The translations under genes and the position numbers were made by a program. DNA of 64,000 bases from positions 91,055 to 155,054 of the forward strand of contig NZ_JBKAGU010000044.1 of the NCBI RefSeq assembly GCF_046290535.1, written 5' to 3'. This stretch comes from Bremerella sp. Lineage in GTDB: Bacteria; Planctomycetota; Planctomycetia; Pirellulales; Pirellulaceae. Under the pieces are notes generated by a model, which did not search any database, was not told the origin of the DNA, and worked only from the letters and a program-made list of their open reading frames with translations. Of the stretch, positions 39,111 through 50,256 are shown in pieces. How positions within the stretch are numbered: the first letter of the stretch is position 1; each line of letters opens with the position of its first letter.

Positions 39111-39524
39111 TCAATTGCCGGTCCATAGACGCCCAAGTTGCAGCCCCAGCAGGATCGCACCGATCCCCAACGTGACGTTTAAAAGTACATTTGCCGCGGC
39201 CAGATAGATCTTTCCGTACGGAGCATCTTGGTACAACAGCACTGTCTCGAAACCAAACGTCGAGAACGTTGTAAACGAACCCAGGAACCCAGAAAGTAGC
39301 ACCGTACGCCAAAAGGCCGGGAGGACTTCATGGTGGTGACCTAGGTACCCGAGAAAACCGAACACCAGGCATCCCAGTACGTTTACCGTCAGGGTGCCAA
39401 TCGGGAATCTAACCGCGTCGAACTCTGGCGAAAATCCTTGGATGAACGAGCCCAAGTAGACGCGACCCAAAGCTCCGAGTGCTCCGAACAGGGCGATGGT
39501 GAGAATGAGGATAACTTTAGTCAT
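39111..39524 (-). CDS. crcB: Fluoride efflux channel Fluc/CrcB
   Basis: GALGALGR, FPIGTLTVNVLGC, GFLGSFTTFSTF.FE. Confidence 0.93.
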   Translation of the reverse strand: MTKVILILTIALFGALGALGRVYLGSFIQGFSPEFDAVRFPIGTLTVNVLGCLVFGFLGYLGHHHEVLPAFWRTVLLSGFLGSFTTFSTFGFETVLLYQDAPYGKIYLAAANVLLNVTLGIGAILLGLQLGRLWTGN

Positions 39525-39564
39525 GCGTTGATTCCCGAACAGCTTTCTGCGGTTGGACTTCAGC

Positions 39565-40116
39565 TTACGTGACTGCTTGACTGCGAGCCAGGGTAATCAG
39601 CATCGAGGGGGGCAATTCCAACAGGCCACTATGGCGTAGCATATTGATCGCCTGGGCGGTTGTGTAATGGGCATGGGTGGCGACGTGAAGCAGCACATCC
39701 AGGGCTTGAGAGCCAATCCGCTGGCCTTGGTAGCTGCTGGAACTTTTGCGGAAGACCGTCCTCTCGAGATCCTCAGGCGTCAGCGCATCGAGGTAGGCAC
39801 TCCAGCGCTGGTCCAGTTCCTGCCAACGCTGGACCAACTGGTCCAGGGACGTCGCGGCCCCCTCCCCTTCCTGATTGCCTGGCAACTTTCCGGCGACATC
39901 ACCCGGGGCAACGGCATCGTCCGTTCCCTCGAGTGCCGACAGCCAGACGTATTCGGCCGCATACAGATGGCATAGCGTCCGCCACAGTGTGCCTTGGCCG
40001 ATTTCGTGGGGCTGATTGAGTTGATCGGCGCTCAGCTGGCCACACGCTTCCCGTAGATGCTGGGTCGCCCAAATACGATGCTCATGCAAGCGAAGAATAG
40101 GAGTAACGGCATTCAT
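39565..40116 (-). CDS. DinB family protein
   Basis: TLCHLYAAEYVW and LLHVATHAHY..AQ four-helix-bundle motifs. Confidence 0.85.
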   Translation of the reverse strand: MNAVTPILRLHEHRIWATQHLREACGQLSADQLNQPHEIGQGTLWRTLCHLYAAEYVWLSALEGTDDAVAPGDVAGKLPGNQEGEGAATSLDQLVQRWQELDQRWSAYLDALTPEDLERTVFRKSSSSYQGQRIGSQALDVLLHVATHAHYTTAQAINMLRHSGLLELPPSMLITLARSQAVT

Positions 40117-40134
40117 GGGTGATTCCTGTCGATG

Positions 40135-40166
40135 AAAAAAGCGGCCCTGGAAACCAGGACCGCTTT
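40135..40166 (-). terminator. Intrinsic terminator after pgk
   Basis: AAAGCGG-C-CCTGG/CCAGG-A-CCGCTTT hairpin with T6 on the minus strand. Confidence 0.75.
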
Positions 40167-40197
40167 AACATATTCGATCGATGCGATTTGTTCGACG

Positions 40198-41382
40198 TTA
40201 TTTGTCGTCCAGGATATCGACGGCCTTGAACGCCTGACCTTCGAGCATCGACAAGCTGGCACCGCCGCCGGTCGAAACGTGGGTCACTTTGTCGTCCAGG
40301 CCAAACTGGCCGATGGCTGCGGCACTATCGCCACCACCGATGATGCTGATTGCATCCGACTCGGCGATCGCTTCGGCAACGGCCTTGGTGCCGGCATCAA
40401 ATGGGGGCATCTCGAACACACCCATTGGGCCATTCCAAACAACCGTTTGAGCGTCCTTCACCAGTTCAGCGTACATCTTGGCCGTTTCTGGTCCGACATC
40501 GAGGCCTTCGAAGTCATCTGGAATTTCGCCGGACTTAACAACGACCTTGTTGCAGTCGCCACTGAATGCGTCACCGCAATGTGTATCGACAGGCAATACC
40601 AGCTTATCGCCACCAGCGGCGATCAGTTCCTTGGCGAGGTCAACCTTGTCCTTTTCGACCAGGCTCTTGCCAACCTTACCACCTTGAGCGAGCGAGAAGG
40701 TGTAGGCCATCGCGCCGCCGATCAGCACCTTGTCGCAGATGCCCAACAGGTTCTTGATGACCATGATCTTGTCGGAAACCTTGGCACCGCCCAAGATCGC
40801 GACGAACGGTCGCTTGGGGTTGCCGATGGCATCGGAAAGATAGGTGATTTCCTTTTCAACCAGGAAACCTACGACCTTCGGCTTATCGCCCATTGCTTCA
40901 GGAACGGCAACCATCGAAGCATCGGTACGGTGACACGTGCCAAACGCATCGTTGCAGTAGATGTCGGCGAATGCGGCCAGCTTGCCAGCGAACTCGGCAT
41001 CACCCTTCTTTTCGCCCTTTTCAAAGCGAAGGTTTTCCAGCACGACAACACCACCGTCAGTCAGGGCACCCACCTTGGCGGCTGCGTCGTCACCCACGGT
41101 ATCGGTCGCGAAGGCCACGTCCTTGCTCAGCAACTCACCCAGGCGAACGGCAGCTGGCTTCAGGCTGTAAGCCGAGTTGTCGGCACCCGGTTCAGGACGG
41201 CCCAAGTGGCTCATCAGGATCAACTGGCCGCCACGGTCGACGACCGATTTGATCGAAGGAAGGGCCATTTCGATGCGACGATCGTCCGTGATCTTGCCAC
41301 CGTCGAGCGGGACGTTAAAGTCAACCCGCATCAAGACTTTCTTGCCACTAACGTCTGCGTCGGCGATCGATAGCTTTGCCAT
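40198..41382 (-). CDS. pgk: Phosphoglycerate kinase
   Basis: [65 protein letters not shown]; start at ATG 41382. Confidence 0.97.
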   Translation of the reverse strand: MAKLSIADADVSGKKVLMRVDFNVPLDGGKITDDRRIEMALPSIKSVVDRGGQLILMSHLGRPEPGADNSAYSLKPAAVRLGELLSKDVAFATDTVGDDAAAKVGALTDGGVVVLENLRFEKGEKKGDAEFAGKLAAFADIYCNDAFGTCHRTDASMVAVPEAMGDKPKVVGFLVEKEITYLSDAIGNPKRPFVAILGGAKVSDKIMVIKNLLGICDKVLIGGAMAYTFSLAQGGKVGKSLVEKDKVDLAKELIAAGGDKLVLPVDTHCGDAFSGDCNKVVVKSGEIPDDFEGLDVGPETAKMYAELVKDAQTVVWNGPMGVFEMPPFDAGTKAVAEAIAESDAISIIGGGDSAAAIGQFGLDDKVTHVSTGGGASLSMLEGQAFKAVDILDDK

Positions 41383-41486
41383 GGGGGATTCAAGCTCCGA
41401 GTAAGGATCTCTTAGTTTGTGCGTTGAAACCGCCAATGTAACGCGTGTAACGGCCTCGCAAAAGGTGCCGCCCTCGACAGAGGTGT

Positions 41487-43688
41487 TTACGACGTTTTCG
41501 TCCGCAGTAAACGCAGGCTATTGGCAATCACGGCCAACGAAACGCCTGTGTCGGCCAGAATGGCGAGCCACAAATTGGAGTACCCGACCATCGTCAGCAC
41601 GATGAAGATCACCTTGATTGCCAAGGCTGCGAAGATGTTCTGCCGGATCAGGCTCAACGTTCTCCGGCCATGAGCGATCAACCACGGTAGCTTTTCGATC
41701 TCGTCCGACATCAGTGCGACATCGGCCGTCTCGATTGCCGTATCGCTTCCCATCGCACCCATGGCGATCCCCACGTCGGCAGCCGCCAAGGCCGGACCGT
41801 CGTTGATGCCATCCCCCACCATGGCCACCAACTTGTGGTCGTGACGCAGCCGTGTGACCGCTTCGATCTTGTCTTCGGGAAGCTGTTCAGCTTTCCAGGC
41901 ATCCACGCCCACTTTCTCTGCCACGTCTTCCACCACGTTGGTGCGATCGCCGGAAATAAGCTCGACCCGGGCAACGCCCAAACGATGCAGCGACTCAACA
42001 GCATGGGCCGCCGTATCGCGAAGTTCATCTTGCAGCTGGAACGTCGCCAGAACCTGGTTCGCTTGTCCCAGAACAACGACGTTGGCCCCAGTATGGGCTG
42101 CCCCGTCTTCGATGGAGGTCGTATCCGCTCCTTGCTCGGCTGCCAGGCGTGAACTCCCCAGCCAGACCTTCAGGCCGTCGATCTCTCCCGAGATGCCACG
42201 ACCAGGGATCTCTTCGACTTGGGCCACATCCGCAGGCGTTACATCGTGTGCGTTGGCGTACTCCAGAATGGCTTTGGCGATTGGGTGCGTACTGTGATTC
42301 TGCAGGCCGACGGCCACCGCCAACGCAAGTTCCTCGGTAATGCTTCCCAGGCACTGTACCTTGGTCACCGATGGCATGCCGGTGGTAAGCGTCCCCGTCT
42401 TGTCGAGGACCACCGCTTTGACGCCTGCCAAGGTTTCTAGCGAGAGGCCCCCTTTGACGAGCACTCCATTGCGTGCTGCCGCCGTCAGCGCGGAAACGAT
42501 GCTGACCGGCGTCGAGATGACTAGCGCACAAGGACACGCAATCACTAGAAGGACGAGCCCGTTGTAGAACCATGTGGTCGCCGAATCGGCTGACCATCCG
42601 ATGATTGTAGGCGGAACGACCATCACGGCGACTGCCAGCAGCATCATCGTCGGAGTGTAATAGCGAGCAAACTGATCAACCCACTGTTCGCTGGGTGCGC
42701 GGCGCTGGTACGCCTGATCGATGAGCCGCACGATTCGGTTGAGCAGTGTCGACCCCGACGTTCCTTCCACACGGAACTCGATGCTTCCACTGCCGTTGAT
42801 CGTACCCGCGTAAACAGGATCGCCTGGCTCCTTTTCAACCGGAACGGATTCGCCCGTGATCGGTGCTTGATCAATTGCGGACACCCCTTGAACAATCGTG
42901 CCGTCCAAGGGAATTCGTTCACCAGGACGGACGAGGCAGATATCGCCGTTCTCGATTTCGTCGGTTGCGTACTCTTCAATCCCATCGTCGGTCTTTACAC
43001 GCGCTACGTCAGGGGCCAGCGACATCAACGATTGGATCGAACGGCGCGCCTTGCTGACGCTTCGCTGCTCGAGGACCTCCGACAAGGTGAACAGGAAGGT
43101 CACCATCGCCGCTTCAAAGAAGTCTCCGAGGATGATCGCCCCGGCAACGGCGACGGTCATCAACAAGTTCATGTCGGCTGAAAACCGCATGACCGCTTTG
43201 AACGCCTTAGGAGCGATCCAGCGGATGCCCAGGGAAATGGAAATCAGGTAAAGCAGAATAGCCAGCACCGAGATGGTGTGGGCACCTTCGCCGTGACCGA
43301 ACAGTGCTGCGATGCCACCCGACTCCCAGGCCTGAATCACAACGGCTACCAGCAGAAAGGCACCGCTACGGACCAATGCCCTTTCGCGGTTATTGTTGTG
43401 CCGGACCGGTTCTTGTTCCGAAGGAGTGGACGGCGTCTCGACCACTTCCTGGGCGGTCATTCCGAGCGAGCTGACCGCCTCCAGCAGTCGTGTAACATTC
43501 CAGTGCTGGGCGTCGTAATGGACGTCCATTCGCCCTCGCATGACATCGAAGTCGAGTTTTTCGATTCCCGGTTTCTCGGCCAGGCCATCCTTGAGAATCC
43601 GTACTTCTTCCGCGCAATCGAGTTCAGCCACCTGAAGGCTGACCGATTGGGACCGGCCGAGAGAGTCATCCTGGGGTTGGTGCGTCAT
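41487..43688 (-). CDS. Heavy-metal-translocating P1B-type ATPase (ZntA/CadA-like)
   Basis: N-terminal HMA with [39 protein letters not shown]. Confidence 0.95.
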   Translation of the reverse strand: MTHQPQDDSLGRSQSVSLQVAELDCAEEVRILKDGLAEKPGIEKLDFDVMRGRMDVHYDAQHWNVTRLLEAVSSLGMTAQEVVETPSTPSEQEPVRHNNNRERALVRSGAFLLVAVVIQAWESGGIAALFGHGEGAHTISVLAILLYLISISLGIRWIAPKAFKAVMRFSADMNLLMTVAVAGAIILGDFFEAAMVTFLFTLSEVLEQRSVSKARRSIQSLMSLAPDVARVKTDDGIEEYATDEIENGDICLVRPGERIPLDGTIVQGVSAIDQAPITGESVPVEKEPGDPVYAGTINGSGSIEFRVEGTSGSTLLNRIVRLIDQAYQRRAPSEQWVDQFARYYTPTMMLLAVAVMVVPPTIIGWSADSATTWFYNGLVLLVIACPCALVISTPVSIVSALTAAARNGVLVKGGLSLETLAGVKAVVLDKTGTLTTGMPSVTKVQCLGSITEELALAVAVGLQNHSTHPIAKAILEYANAHDVTPADVAQVEEIPGRGISGEIDGLKVWLGSSRLAAEQGADTTSIEDGAAHTGANVVVLGQANQVLATFQLQDELRDTAAHAVESLHRLGVARVELISGDRTNVVEDVAEKVGVDAWKAEQLPEDKIEAVTRLRHDHKLVAMVGDGINDGPALAAADVGIAMGAMGSDTAIETADVALMSDEIEKLPWLIAHGRRTLSLIRQNIFAALAIKVIFIVLTMVGYSNLWLAILADTGVSLAVIANSLRLLRTKTS

Positions 43689-43874
43689 CCGGATCTACTT
43701 CGGTGATAGGGCTTTAGGAAAACGGATGTACCCGAATGGTAGCGTTGAAAAGCCGCCGGTCAAAGCCCTTGTAACCACTTGGCATCTAAGCAGTTGGCGT
43801 CTAAGCTGAAGCGTTTCCCCCGAACGTGTGAATGCACACCGGGGATAATCCTATTTGTTGTGGAACTGAATTCC

Positions 43875-44825
43875 ATGCTGTTGCTGGCGATCTATTGCCT
43901 TTTGATCATCGCTGCTTCCCTGTTAGGAGGGTGGCTGCCGGTGGTCATTCGTCTGACGCATACGCGTATGCAGATGATGATGAGCGCGGTCGGCGGGCTG
44001 ATGCTGGGAGTCGGGATTCTGCACATGCTGCCGCACGGGATTGCCGAGTGCAATTCGATGGACTGGGCCATGGGGGCCTTGCTGGTGGGGCTGATTACGA
44101 CCTTCTTCTTGATGCGGCTGTTCCATTTTCATGAACATGCCCCGATCGAGAATGAATACCCCGGTACCGCGGCCGGCGATCATAAGCACGGCGGGCACTT
44201 GCACTGCGATCATGAACACGAGCACGATCATGCGGGGCACGCCCACAATCACAGCCACTCGCACGATGCCGCTGATTCGCGGATGCGCTGGCTGGGGGTC
44301 TTCATGGGCTTGTCGCTGCATACGCTGCTGGACGGTATCGCCTTGGCGGCTGGTGTTTCGGCTGCCTCGCACCATGGCGAGTCCGGTTACATGGGTCTCT
44401 TGGGGATTGGGGTCTTTCTGGGGATCTTCCTGCACAAGCCACTCGACGCGTTGTCGATCACGTTCATCATGCGGCAAGGCAAGTGGCCGGTGAGCATTAT
44501 TAACATCGTCAATCTTGGCTATGCGGTGATGTGCCCGTTGGGCGTCGCGCTGTTCTTCGCTGGCTACAACGGTTTCGACGCGGACAAGCAGTTTATGGTT
44601 GGCATGGCCCTCTGTTTTTCCGCAGGCGTCTTTCTGTGCATTTCGCTGGCCGACATCCTGCCGGAAGTGCAGTTCCACTCGCACGATAAGGTCAAGCTGT
44701 CGCTGGTCATGCTGCTGGGGGTTGGTGTTGCCTACCTGATTGGTTTCGCCGAACCAGGCGGCCTGCACGACCACAGCAAGCCGCCCCAGGCTCAACCGGC
44801 GGAAGTGATCGAATCGGATTCTTAG
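43875..44825 (+). CDS. ZIP family metal transporter with His-rich loop
   Basis: GGLMLGVGILHMLPH, His-rich cytoplasmic loop, LHTLLDGIAL, FLHKPLD, AGVFLCISLADILPE; start at ATG 43875. Confidence 0.9.
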   Translation: MLLLAIYCLLIIAASLLGGWLPVVIRLTHTRMQMMMSAVGGLMLGVGILHMLPHGIAECNSMDWAMGALLVGLITTFFLMRLFHFHEHAPIENEYPGTAAGDHKHGGHLHCDHEHEHDHAGHAHNHSHSHDAADSRMRWLGVFMGLSLHTLLDGIALAAGVSAASHHGESGYMGLLGIGVFLGIFLHKPLDALSITFIMRQGKWPVSIINIVNLGYAVMCPLGVALFFAGYNGFDADKQFMVGMALCFSAGVFLCISLADILPEVQFHSHDKVKLSLVMLLGVGVAYLIGFAEPGGLHDHSKPPQAQPAEVIESDS

Positions 44826-45610
44826 GGCGAGCGTGGTATCCGGGCGTCGGCACCATGCCGCGTTCTAGGCTTCGGCTCAACAGGCACGTTGATAAACCAG
44901 TTCAGCAGTAGCCCCAGCAGAAAGCCGACGATCAGCATCGTGAAAAAAGGAATCGGTGCGCTGGCCGTCTCCCAGCCATGCTGTAGCGACGAACCAAAAA
45001 TTGTGGCCAGCGTGACCATCGGGAAGAACATCGCCGCGAGGATATTCAGCCGATGTGCCGAGACCGCCATGCGGTGGCTGCTGGCCGCTTGCTGTTCGGT
45101 CCGCTGGGCGATCAAAAAGTCGAGTTCGTTCTTCGACTCGTTGTAGAGCAGTTCCGCCGATCGCTCCAGGTCGTAGCTGCGATCGCGGAAGTTGATCATC
45201 GTCCGATCGTTGCCAGCAAGCTCGCGTGCCGACTGAAGCGTGCTGTGCAGATTGCGTGTTGCCCTGAGCAGCGGCCCTAGTTCGCTGATAACGCGAAAGT
45301 ACTCTTCGCTCGACTGGGCATCGTTTTCGGCTTTCTCCAGCTTAATAATTGCAGCGTTGTATTCTTCCAGGTGCTTGATCATCGACGACGGTCCCTGCCC
45401 CAGGTCACTGCTTTGCAGGACCCCATTGGGATTGCGCCAAAAGTAACGACCACTGCGGACACTTTCGCCATGCCGTGGGGGTCGATGGGTAACAATCAGG
45501 AGATGCCCCTCGGCCTCCATCACTCGCTGGCGACCTGGGCCATCGCCGAGTCGCTGGTGAAATATCTGGGGCACTTCCCAGTTCATGGGCAAGGGTGATG
45601 CGGTACTCAT
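44822..45610 (-). CDS. CorA-like protein (helical bundle + 2 C-terminal TM) with a degenerate signature
   Basis: RLNILAAMFFPMVTLATIFG followed by a second TM resembles the CorA C-terminus; GMN is replaced by GSS. Confidence 0.6.
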   Translation of the reverse strand: MSTASPLPMNWEVPQIFHQRLGDGPGRQRVMEAEGHLLIVTHRPPRHGESVRSGRYFWRNPNGVLQSSDLGQGPSSMIKHLEEYNAAIIKLEKAENDAQSSEEYFRVISELGPLLRATRNLHSTLQSARELAGNDRTMINFRDRSYDLERSAELLYNESKNELDFLIAQRTEQQAASSHRMAVSAHRLNILAAMFFPMVTLATIFGSSLQHGWETASAPIPFFTMLIVGFLLGLLLNWFINVPVEPKPRTRHGADARIPRSP

Positions 45611-45897
45611 GGGATGGTTGCTTTCTCGCTTGGAACGAAATGCAAAAACTCTTGGGGCTTTATGCAAACGGCGCTTCGCTATAGATCTCAAAAAATAGCG
45701 AAAATTCGTCGCGAATCCATAAAAACTTCGTCTGAATCGTGCGGAATCTTGCCACGCTCGTTCGTTTCAACCAAAATCAATTGCAGAAATTTCGTGTCCG
45801 CCGACGTTGCGCAATTCTCTATGATTCGTCGGTCCCCCCACTGACACGATTCCATCCCCCAAAGAAGAAGACATTCGTACTTCGTAAAGGAAAGCTC

Positions 45898-46527
45898 ATG
45901 TTGAAGCGTTTGGCCGCAGGTGCCCTGGTTTGTTTGATGTTGTCCGCTGTCGCTACCGCCGCCGAAGGTGAGTGGAAGTCGCTGATGGATGGCAAGTCGT
46001 TCAAGGGTTGGAAGATCAGCGAAAACCCTGAGTCGTGGAAGATCGAAGATGGCGCATTTGTCGCTGTCGGCGAACGTAGCCACCTGTTTTATGTTGGCGA
46101 AGACAAGCCATTCAAGAACTTTGAATTCAAGGCCAAGGTCAAGACCAACAAGAACAGCAACGGCGGTATCTACTTCCATACCAAGTTCCAAGACACCGGC
46201 TGGCCAAAGTATGGCTTCGAAGCCCAGGTCAACAACACCCACCACGACCCTAAGAAGACCGGCGGTATCTACTCGGTCAAAGACGTCATGAACAACTCGC
46301 CAGCAAAAGACGGCGAATGGTTCGACTACTACATCAAGGTCGATGGCAAGCACATCATCACCAAGATCAACGGTGAAGTCGCTGCCGATTACACCGAACC
46401 AGAAGACGCCAAGCCAGGCCAGGACTTCACCCGTGTCTTGGACAAGGGGACCTTCGCTCTGCAAGCCCACGACCCAGGCAGCACCGTCTGGTTCAAGGAT
46501 ATCCAGGTCCGTCGTCTGGACGACTAG
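45898..46527 (+). CDS. DUF1080 exported protein
   Basis: Signal peptide; LMDGKSFKGW, NFEFKAKVK, NGGIYFH, FEAQVNN, KTGGIY, ALQAHDPGS.VWFKDI. Confidence 0.9.
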   Translation: MLKRLAAGALVCLMLSAVATAAEGEWKSLMDGKSFKGWKISENPESWKIEDGAFVAVGERSHLFYVGEDKPFKNFEFKAKVKTNKNSNGGIYFHTKFQDTGWPKYGFEAQVNNTHHDPKKTGGIYSVKDVMNNSPAKDGEWFDYYIKVDGKHIITKINGEVAADYTEPEDAKPGQDFTRVLDKGTFALQAHDPGSTVWFKDIQVRRLDD

Positions 46528-46552
46528 TCGTCATCCGCGATAACAAAATGAG

Positions 46553-46590
46553 AACGGCCGCGACAACCATCGCGGCCGTTTTTGTTTCTT
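46553..46590 (+). terminator. Intrinsic terminator
   Basis: AACGGCCGCGA-CAACCA-TCGCGGCCGTT perfect 11-bp stem followed by TTTGTTTCTT. Confidence 0.85.
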
Positions 46591-46686
46591 GGTCGTCCGG
46601 TGCTGTTTGGGGATTGCTCTGGTGCCAACATCGGTGGCGGATAAAATCGGAAGCGATACTTATCTCTTTGCACTGGAGGCTTTGTC

Positions 46687-47172
46687 ATGAATGTCGCTCG
46701 CAAGCTCTTTCTCGTGACCCCGTTGATCCTCTTTGGATTGCTGACGATCGCCTACGCGGCATCGCCGGTGGTCAATCCGCAAGAGAATCAGCCGACCAAT
46801 TCGTACTATCTCTACACGAATGCCTTGGAAGTGAGTGACTCGGGCGTCGTTTCGGTTCCATCGCGATACCAGTGGAGCGTGGAAACCAGCTGGCGCGGCA
46901 TCGATATCAACGGCAACGAACTGCCCGATACCCGCGTCATGCTACGGCTCTACGACCCAAACCATAACTTCACCGCGCTGACGGCGCAGATGGACCTACA
47001 GACCGCTACCAAACTTCAGCAGGAACTTGAAGCAATCATCGAGAAGAAGAAACAGAACCCAGCGTTCCAGCACCGCCCTAAGCTCTACGACGACAAAGAC
47101 ATCCCGAAAATGGAAATCGTGGGCGTCGATAAAGACGGCGTTGCCATTCTGAAACAGGTGGACGACAAGTAG
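46687..47172 (+). CDS. Hypothetical exported protein
   Basis: Signal-peptide-like N-terminus; fills the gap; no family recognised. Confidence 0.65.
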   Translation: MNVARKLFLVTPLILFGLLTIAYAASPVVNPQENQPTNSYYLYTNALEVSDSGVVSVPSRYQWSVETSWRGIDINGNELPDTRVMLRLYDPNHNFTALTAQMDLQTATKLQQELEAIIEKKKQNPAFQHRPKLYDDKDIPKMEIVGVDKDGVAILKQVDDK

Positions 47173-47187
47173 TCGCTCGCTACGCGA

Positions 47188-48408
47188 CTAGGTGTACTCC
47201 GCGGAATCCGCTTCCACCGAACGCCGTAGCGTATGCGGGAAGTCAGGGATAGCGCTTCGTACGCGGGTCCAAGTGGGCATCTCGTGGGCCATCACCGGGT
47301 TCTCGAAGAACTCTTGTCCGCACTGGGTGATCATGCGAGCAAAGCCTTCCACGGAGTGTTCTTCGGTGTGGCGATCGAAATTCAACCCGTTGATCACCGC
47401 GTCGGCGTGGTACTGACGAATGGCGTCCTGGGCATCACGCAGGTAAGCCGACTCCAGCGTGTTGAACATCCCCATGCTGAAGACAATGCCACGGCTCGAC
47501 AGTGTTCGGTAAATGCTGTGCAAGATGTCCGCCGTCATCTTCATCAGCCCGCGGTTGGCATCTTCCAGCGAGATCGGTTGGTGCTTGTGCTCGTACGGGT
47601 GCCCCAAGTCGATCTGGCAGATACGTTTCGGGGCCGTGTTGCGGAACACTTCGGCCAGCGTACCCACTTCCAGGCCCCAGTCGCTGGGGATTCGATTGGC
47701 ACGAACCAGCGTCGAGGTCACAGCGAACTCGCCAGACAGCGGATAGCGGAAGCTGTTCAAAAAGACCAGGAAGTCATCGTTGCCCAGCACGCGGATAAGT
47801 GATCGCAACAGCGGTGTCACGAGCAAGCGAACCACGCGGCCGTGCATCCGATCGGTCACCCGGGCGTAGTAGGCTTTGCAAAAGTCGAAGTCGAAGCCTG
47901 GGTGAGCCATCGGCAGGCAAAGCCGCATCAGCATGTCGCGGTGATAGTTGACGATATCGCAGTCATGCAGTGCCATCGCTTTAATGTCAGGATCGGCCAG
48001 CAAGTAGCCAAACGCCGTCCAAACCGCCCGCCCCTTACCAGGGACCGAGACGTTGAAGCCTGCGTCGGTCAACTGTTGAAACGCTGCCTGACCACGCGGA
48101 CCGTCGTTCCAAAGCACGCGGCACATGTTGCCCAGCTTGGATGTGAGTGCGCGACACTCGCGGTAGTCTTCAACATCAGGGGCCCGGTTGAGCACCACGA
48201 CCACCGTCTTCAGGAACTTTGTCCCTTCCAGTTCGTCCATGATGGACGAGAACGCAGGGGCACGCATATCGCTGGCAGTTACCGGCAGGATGAGCCCCAT
48301 CGGATATTCGCTGGTGGCGTCTTCGAGCGTACGCTCCAACTGTTCGGCACCGAGGGTACCGAAGTCGTGCAGGGTCGAGATGGGGCCTTGTTGTATGAAG
48401 TCAGACAA
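47188..48408 (-). CDS. gpgS: Glucosyl-3-phosphoglycerate synthase-like glycosyltransferase
   Basis: TTG start with GGAGA; SDFIQQGPISTLH, GKGRAVW, LHDCDI, KAYYARV..RMHGRV.RL, YPLSGEF, DWGLEVGTL, YEHKHQ. Confidence 0.75.
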   Translation of the reverse strand: MSDFIQQGPISTLHDFGTLGAEQLERTLEDATSEYPMGLILPVTASDMRAPAFSSIMDELEGTKFLKTVVVVLNRAPDVEDYRECRALTSKLGNMCRVLWNDGPRGQAAFQQLTDAGFNVSVPGKGRAVWTAFGYLLADPDIKAMALHDCDIVNYHRDMLMRLCLPMAHPGFDFDFCKAYYARVTDRMHGRVVRLLVTPLLRSLIRVLGNDDFLVFLNSFRYPLSGEFAVTSTLVRANRIPSDWGLEVGTLAEVFRNTAPKRICQIDLGHPYEHKHQPISLEDANRGLMKMTADILHSIYRTLSSRGIVFSMGMFNTLESAYLRDAQDAIRQYHADAVINGLNFDRHTEEHSVEGFARMITQCGQEFFENPVMAHEMPTWTRVRSAIPDFPHTLRRSVEADSAEYT

Positions 48409-48475
48409 GTTTGTGTCTCCTTGCCGGGGGCGATTACTGGGGGAGAGGGATCGCTGCAAGATCGATGCACGGTCG

Positions 48476-50206
48476 CTAACTGTCCGGCTCGGTCAGCCAA
48501 ACGATTTGATATGGATCGAGCGTGATACCGTGCGACTCAACGACGTATTGATCACTGATCAAGTCGAACGTCAGCGGCTGTAGCTTAGGGTCGCTCAGCG
48601 GCAGACTTTGCAGCTTATCGGTTAGGTTTGCCAGAACGAGGATCGTTTGCTGACGATCCGGCGACGTTCGCTTGAAGCCAAAGATCGTCGAGTGGCCGGT
48701 CGCAAAGACCTCGCTTGGTCCATCGGGATGAAACGCCGGCTGTTCGATCCGCTTGGCGATCAGGTTCTGATAGCCATGGAAAATGCGGTTCTGCAGCGTC
48801 TCGTGCTCGCTGATCTGGTTCTCGAGCTCCAGGCGTTCGTACTTGCGTCGATTAATCCGCCGAGGGATTCCGCTTTCTTCCACTCCGCTAATGTGATTCT
48901 GCGTGCCGACCAGGCTGTGGAAGTAGATGCCGGGGATCCCCTTCATCGCGAGCATAATCGCCTGCGAAGCAAGGAACCGCACGGCATGATGTTCGGGGCC
49001 GAAGCCCTCGGGCTCGCCAAGTGCATCGACGTAGGTGATGTTCAACTCGTACGGCTTTTGCGACCCGTCCGGCATCGTCCGCATTCCGACCAGGCCGCCA
49101 CGCTGGCGAGTGGCATGCACCAACTTGTCGAGACGTTCCTGCGAGACGAGGCCTTCCAGCGGCCGCACGCCGATCCCGTCGTGCGAGGCGGTGAAATTGA
49201 AGTAGGTCGTGCCAGCCGGAATGTCGTACAGCGACTCCATCCACTGGTTGAGTGTCGACGCGTCTTCGTTCAGGTACGCATCGTACAGCAGCGGCGGCAG
49301 GCTGAACTGATAGACCATGTGCGCTTCGTCTGCCAGGCCGAAGTAGCTGATGTTCTCGGCATGCGGCACGTTCGTTTCGGTCAGCAGCAGCACGTGCGGG
49401 GCGACGATCTCGGTGACCGTTCGCCACAGTTTGACGGCCTCGTGGGTCTCGTCCAGGTGCAAGCAGCTGGTGCCGATCGTCTTCCACAGAAACGCGATCG
49501 CATCCAGGCGAATCACCCGGGCGCCGTTCTGAACGTAGAACAGCAGCACGTCAGTCATCGCCAGCAAGACTTCCGGGCTGCCATAGTTCAGGTCGACTTG
49601 ATCGGCGCTGAAGGTCGTCCAGACATGCTTTTCACCGGTCGACGATTCATACGGAGAAAGCAGCGGCAACGCTCGTGGACGGACAACCTGACTGAGGTCG
49701 GTACTGGGGTCGACGTCGATGAAGTACTCGTCGTATGGTTTCTCTCCCTTGAGGTACTTCTGGAACCACTCACTCTTTTGCGAGCAGTGATTGGCGACCA
49801 TGTCGAAGGCCAGGTTGAACTCTTCGGCCAGCGAATGCAGGTCGTCCCACGTTCCCGAGTTAGGATCGACCTGGTAATAGTCGACCACCGAGAACCCATC
49901 GTCGGACGTATAAGGGAAGAAGGGAAGCAAGTGAACCGTATTGAGCAGGTTCTGATAGCCGTGATGGACCAGGAAGTCCTTCAAGATGGCCAGCGGTGTC
50001 TTTTCCGGGCCGTAGACCTGGTCGGCATAGGTGATCAAAACGATATCGGTTTCGTCCCAGCCGGTGCGCTTCGGTTCAGGGATCTTGGACGAGTACGACT
50101 CGAGCAACTCAACCAGACGCGGCAGAACATCGGTCGCAACGGGTTCACCATACATGCGGGCGAGGTGTTGCTTGAGCGTATCGTGTTGTTCTGTCGTGCC
50201 GATCAT
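48476..50206 (-). CDS. GH13_18 sugar phosphorylase, likely glucosylglycerate phosphorylase
   Basis: LITYADQ, HLLPFFPYTSDDGF, NH, WTTFSADQVDLN, IRLDAIAF, TETN, ASHDGIG, KPYELN. Confidence 0.85.
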   Translation of the reverse strand: MIGTTEQHDTLKQHLARMYGEPVATDVLPRLVELLESYSSKIPEPKRTGWDETDIVLITYADQVYGPEKTPLAILKDFLVHHGYQNLLNTVHLLPFFPYTSDDGFSVVDYYQVDPNSGTWDDLHSLAEEFNLAFDMVANHCSQKSEWFQKYLKGEKPYDEYFIDVDPSTDLSQVVRPRALPLLSPYESSTGEKHVWTTFSADQVDLNYGSPEVLLAMTDVLLFYVQNGARVIRLDAIAFLWKTIGTSCLHLDETHEAVKLWRTVTEIVAPHVLLLTETNVPHAENISYFGLADEAHMVYQFSLPPLLYDAYLNEDASTLNQWMESLYDIPAGTTYFNFTASHDGIGVRPLEGLVSQERLDKLVHATRQRGGLVGMRTMPDGSQKPYELNITYVDALGEPEGFGPEHHAVRFLASQAIMLAMKGIPGIYFHSLVGTQNHISGVEESGIPRRINRRKYERLELENQISEHETLQNRIFHGYQNLIAKRIEQPAFHPDGPSEVFATGHSTIFGFKRTSPDRQQTILVLANLTDKLQSLPLSDPKLQPLTFDLISDQYVVESHGITLDPYQIVWLTEPDS

Positions 50207-50256
50207 GGAACCTCCTTATCCGACTACCGCGCCTCGGGCTGCGAGCGCGACATGTC

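Noticed and set aside
39525-40197. Possible fluoride riboswitch upstream of crcB
   Set aside because: No GATGGAGTTCGCC/GCTGATGACTCC-like consensus upstream of crcB or dinB; the only hairpin is the pgk terminator.
44170-44270. CAC/CAT-rich stretch
   Set aside because: Encodes the ordinary His-rich loop of the ZIP transporter.
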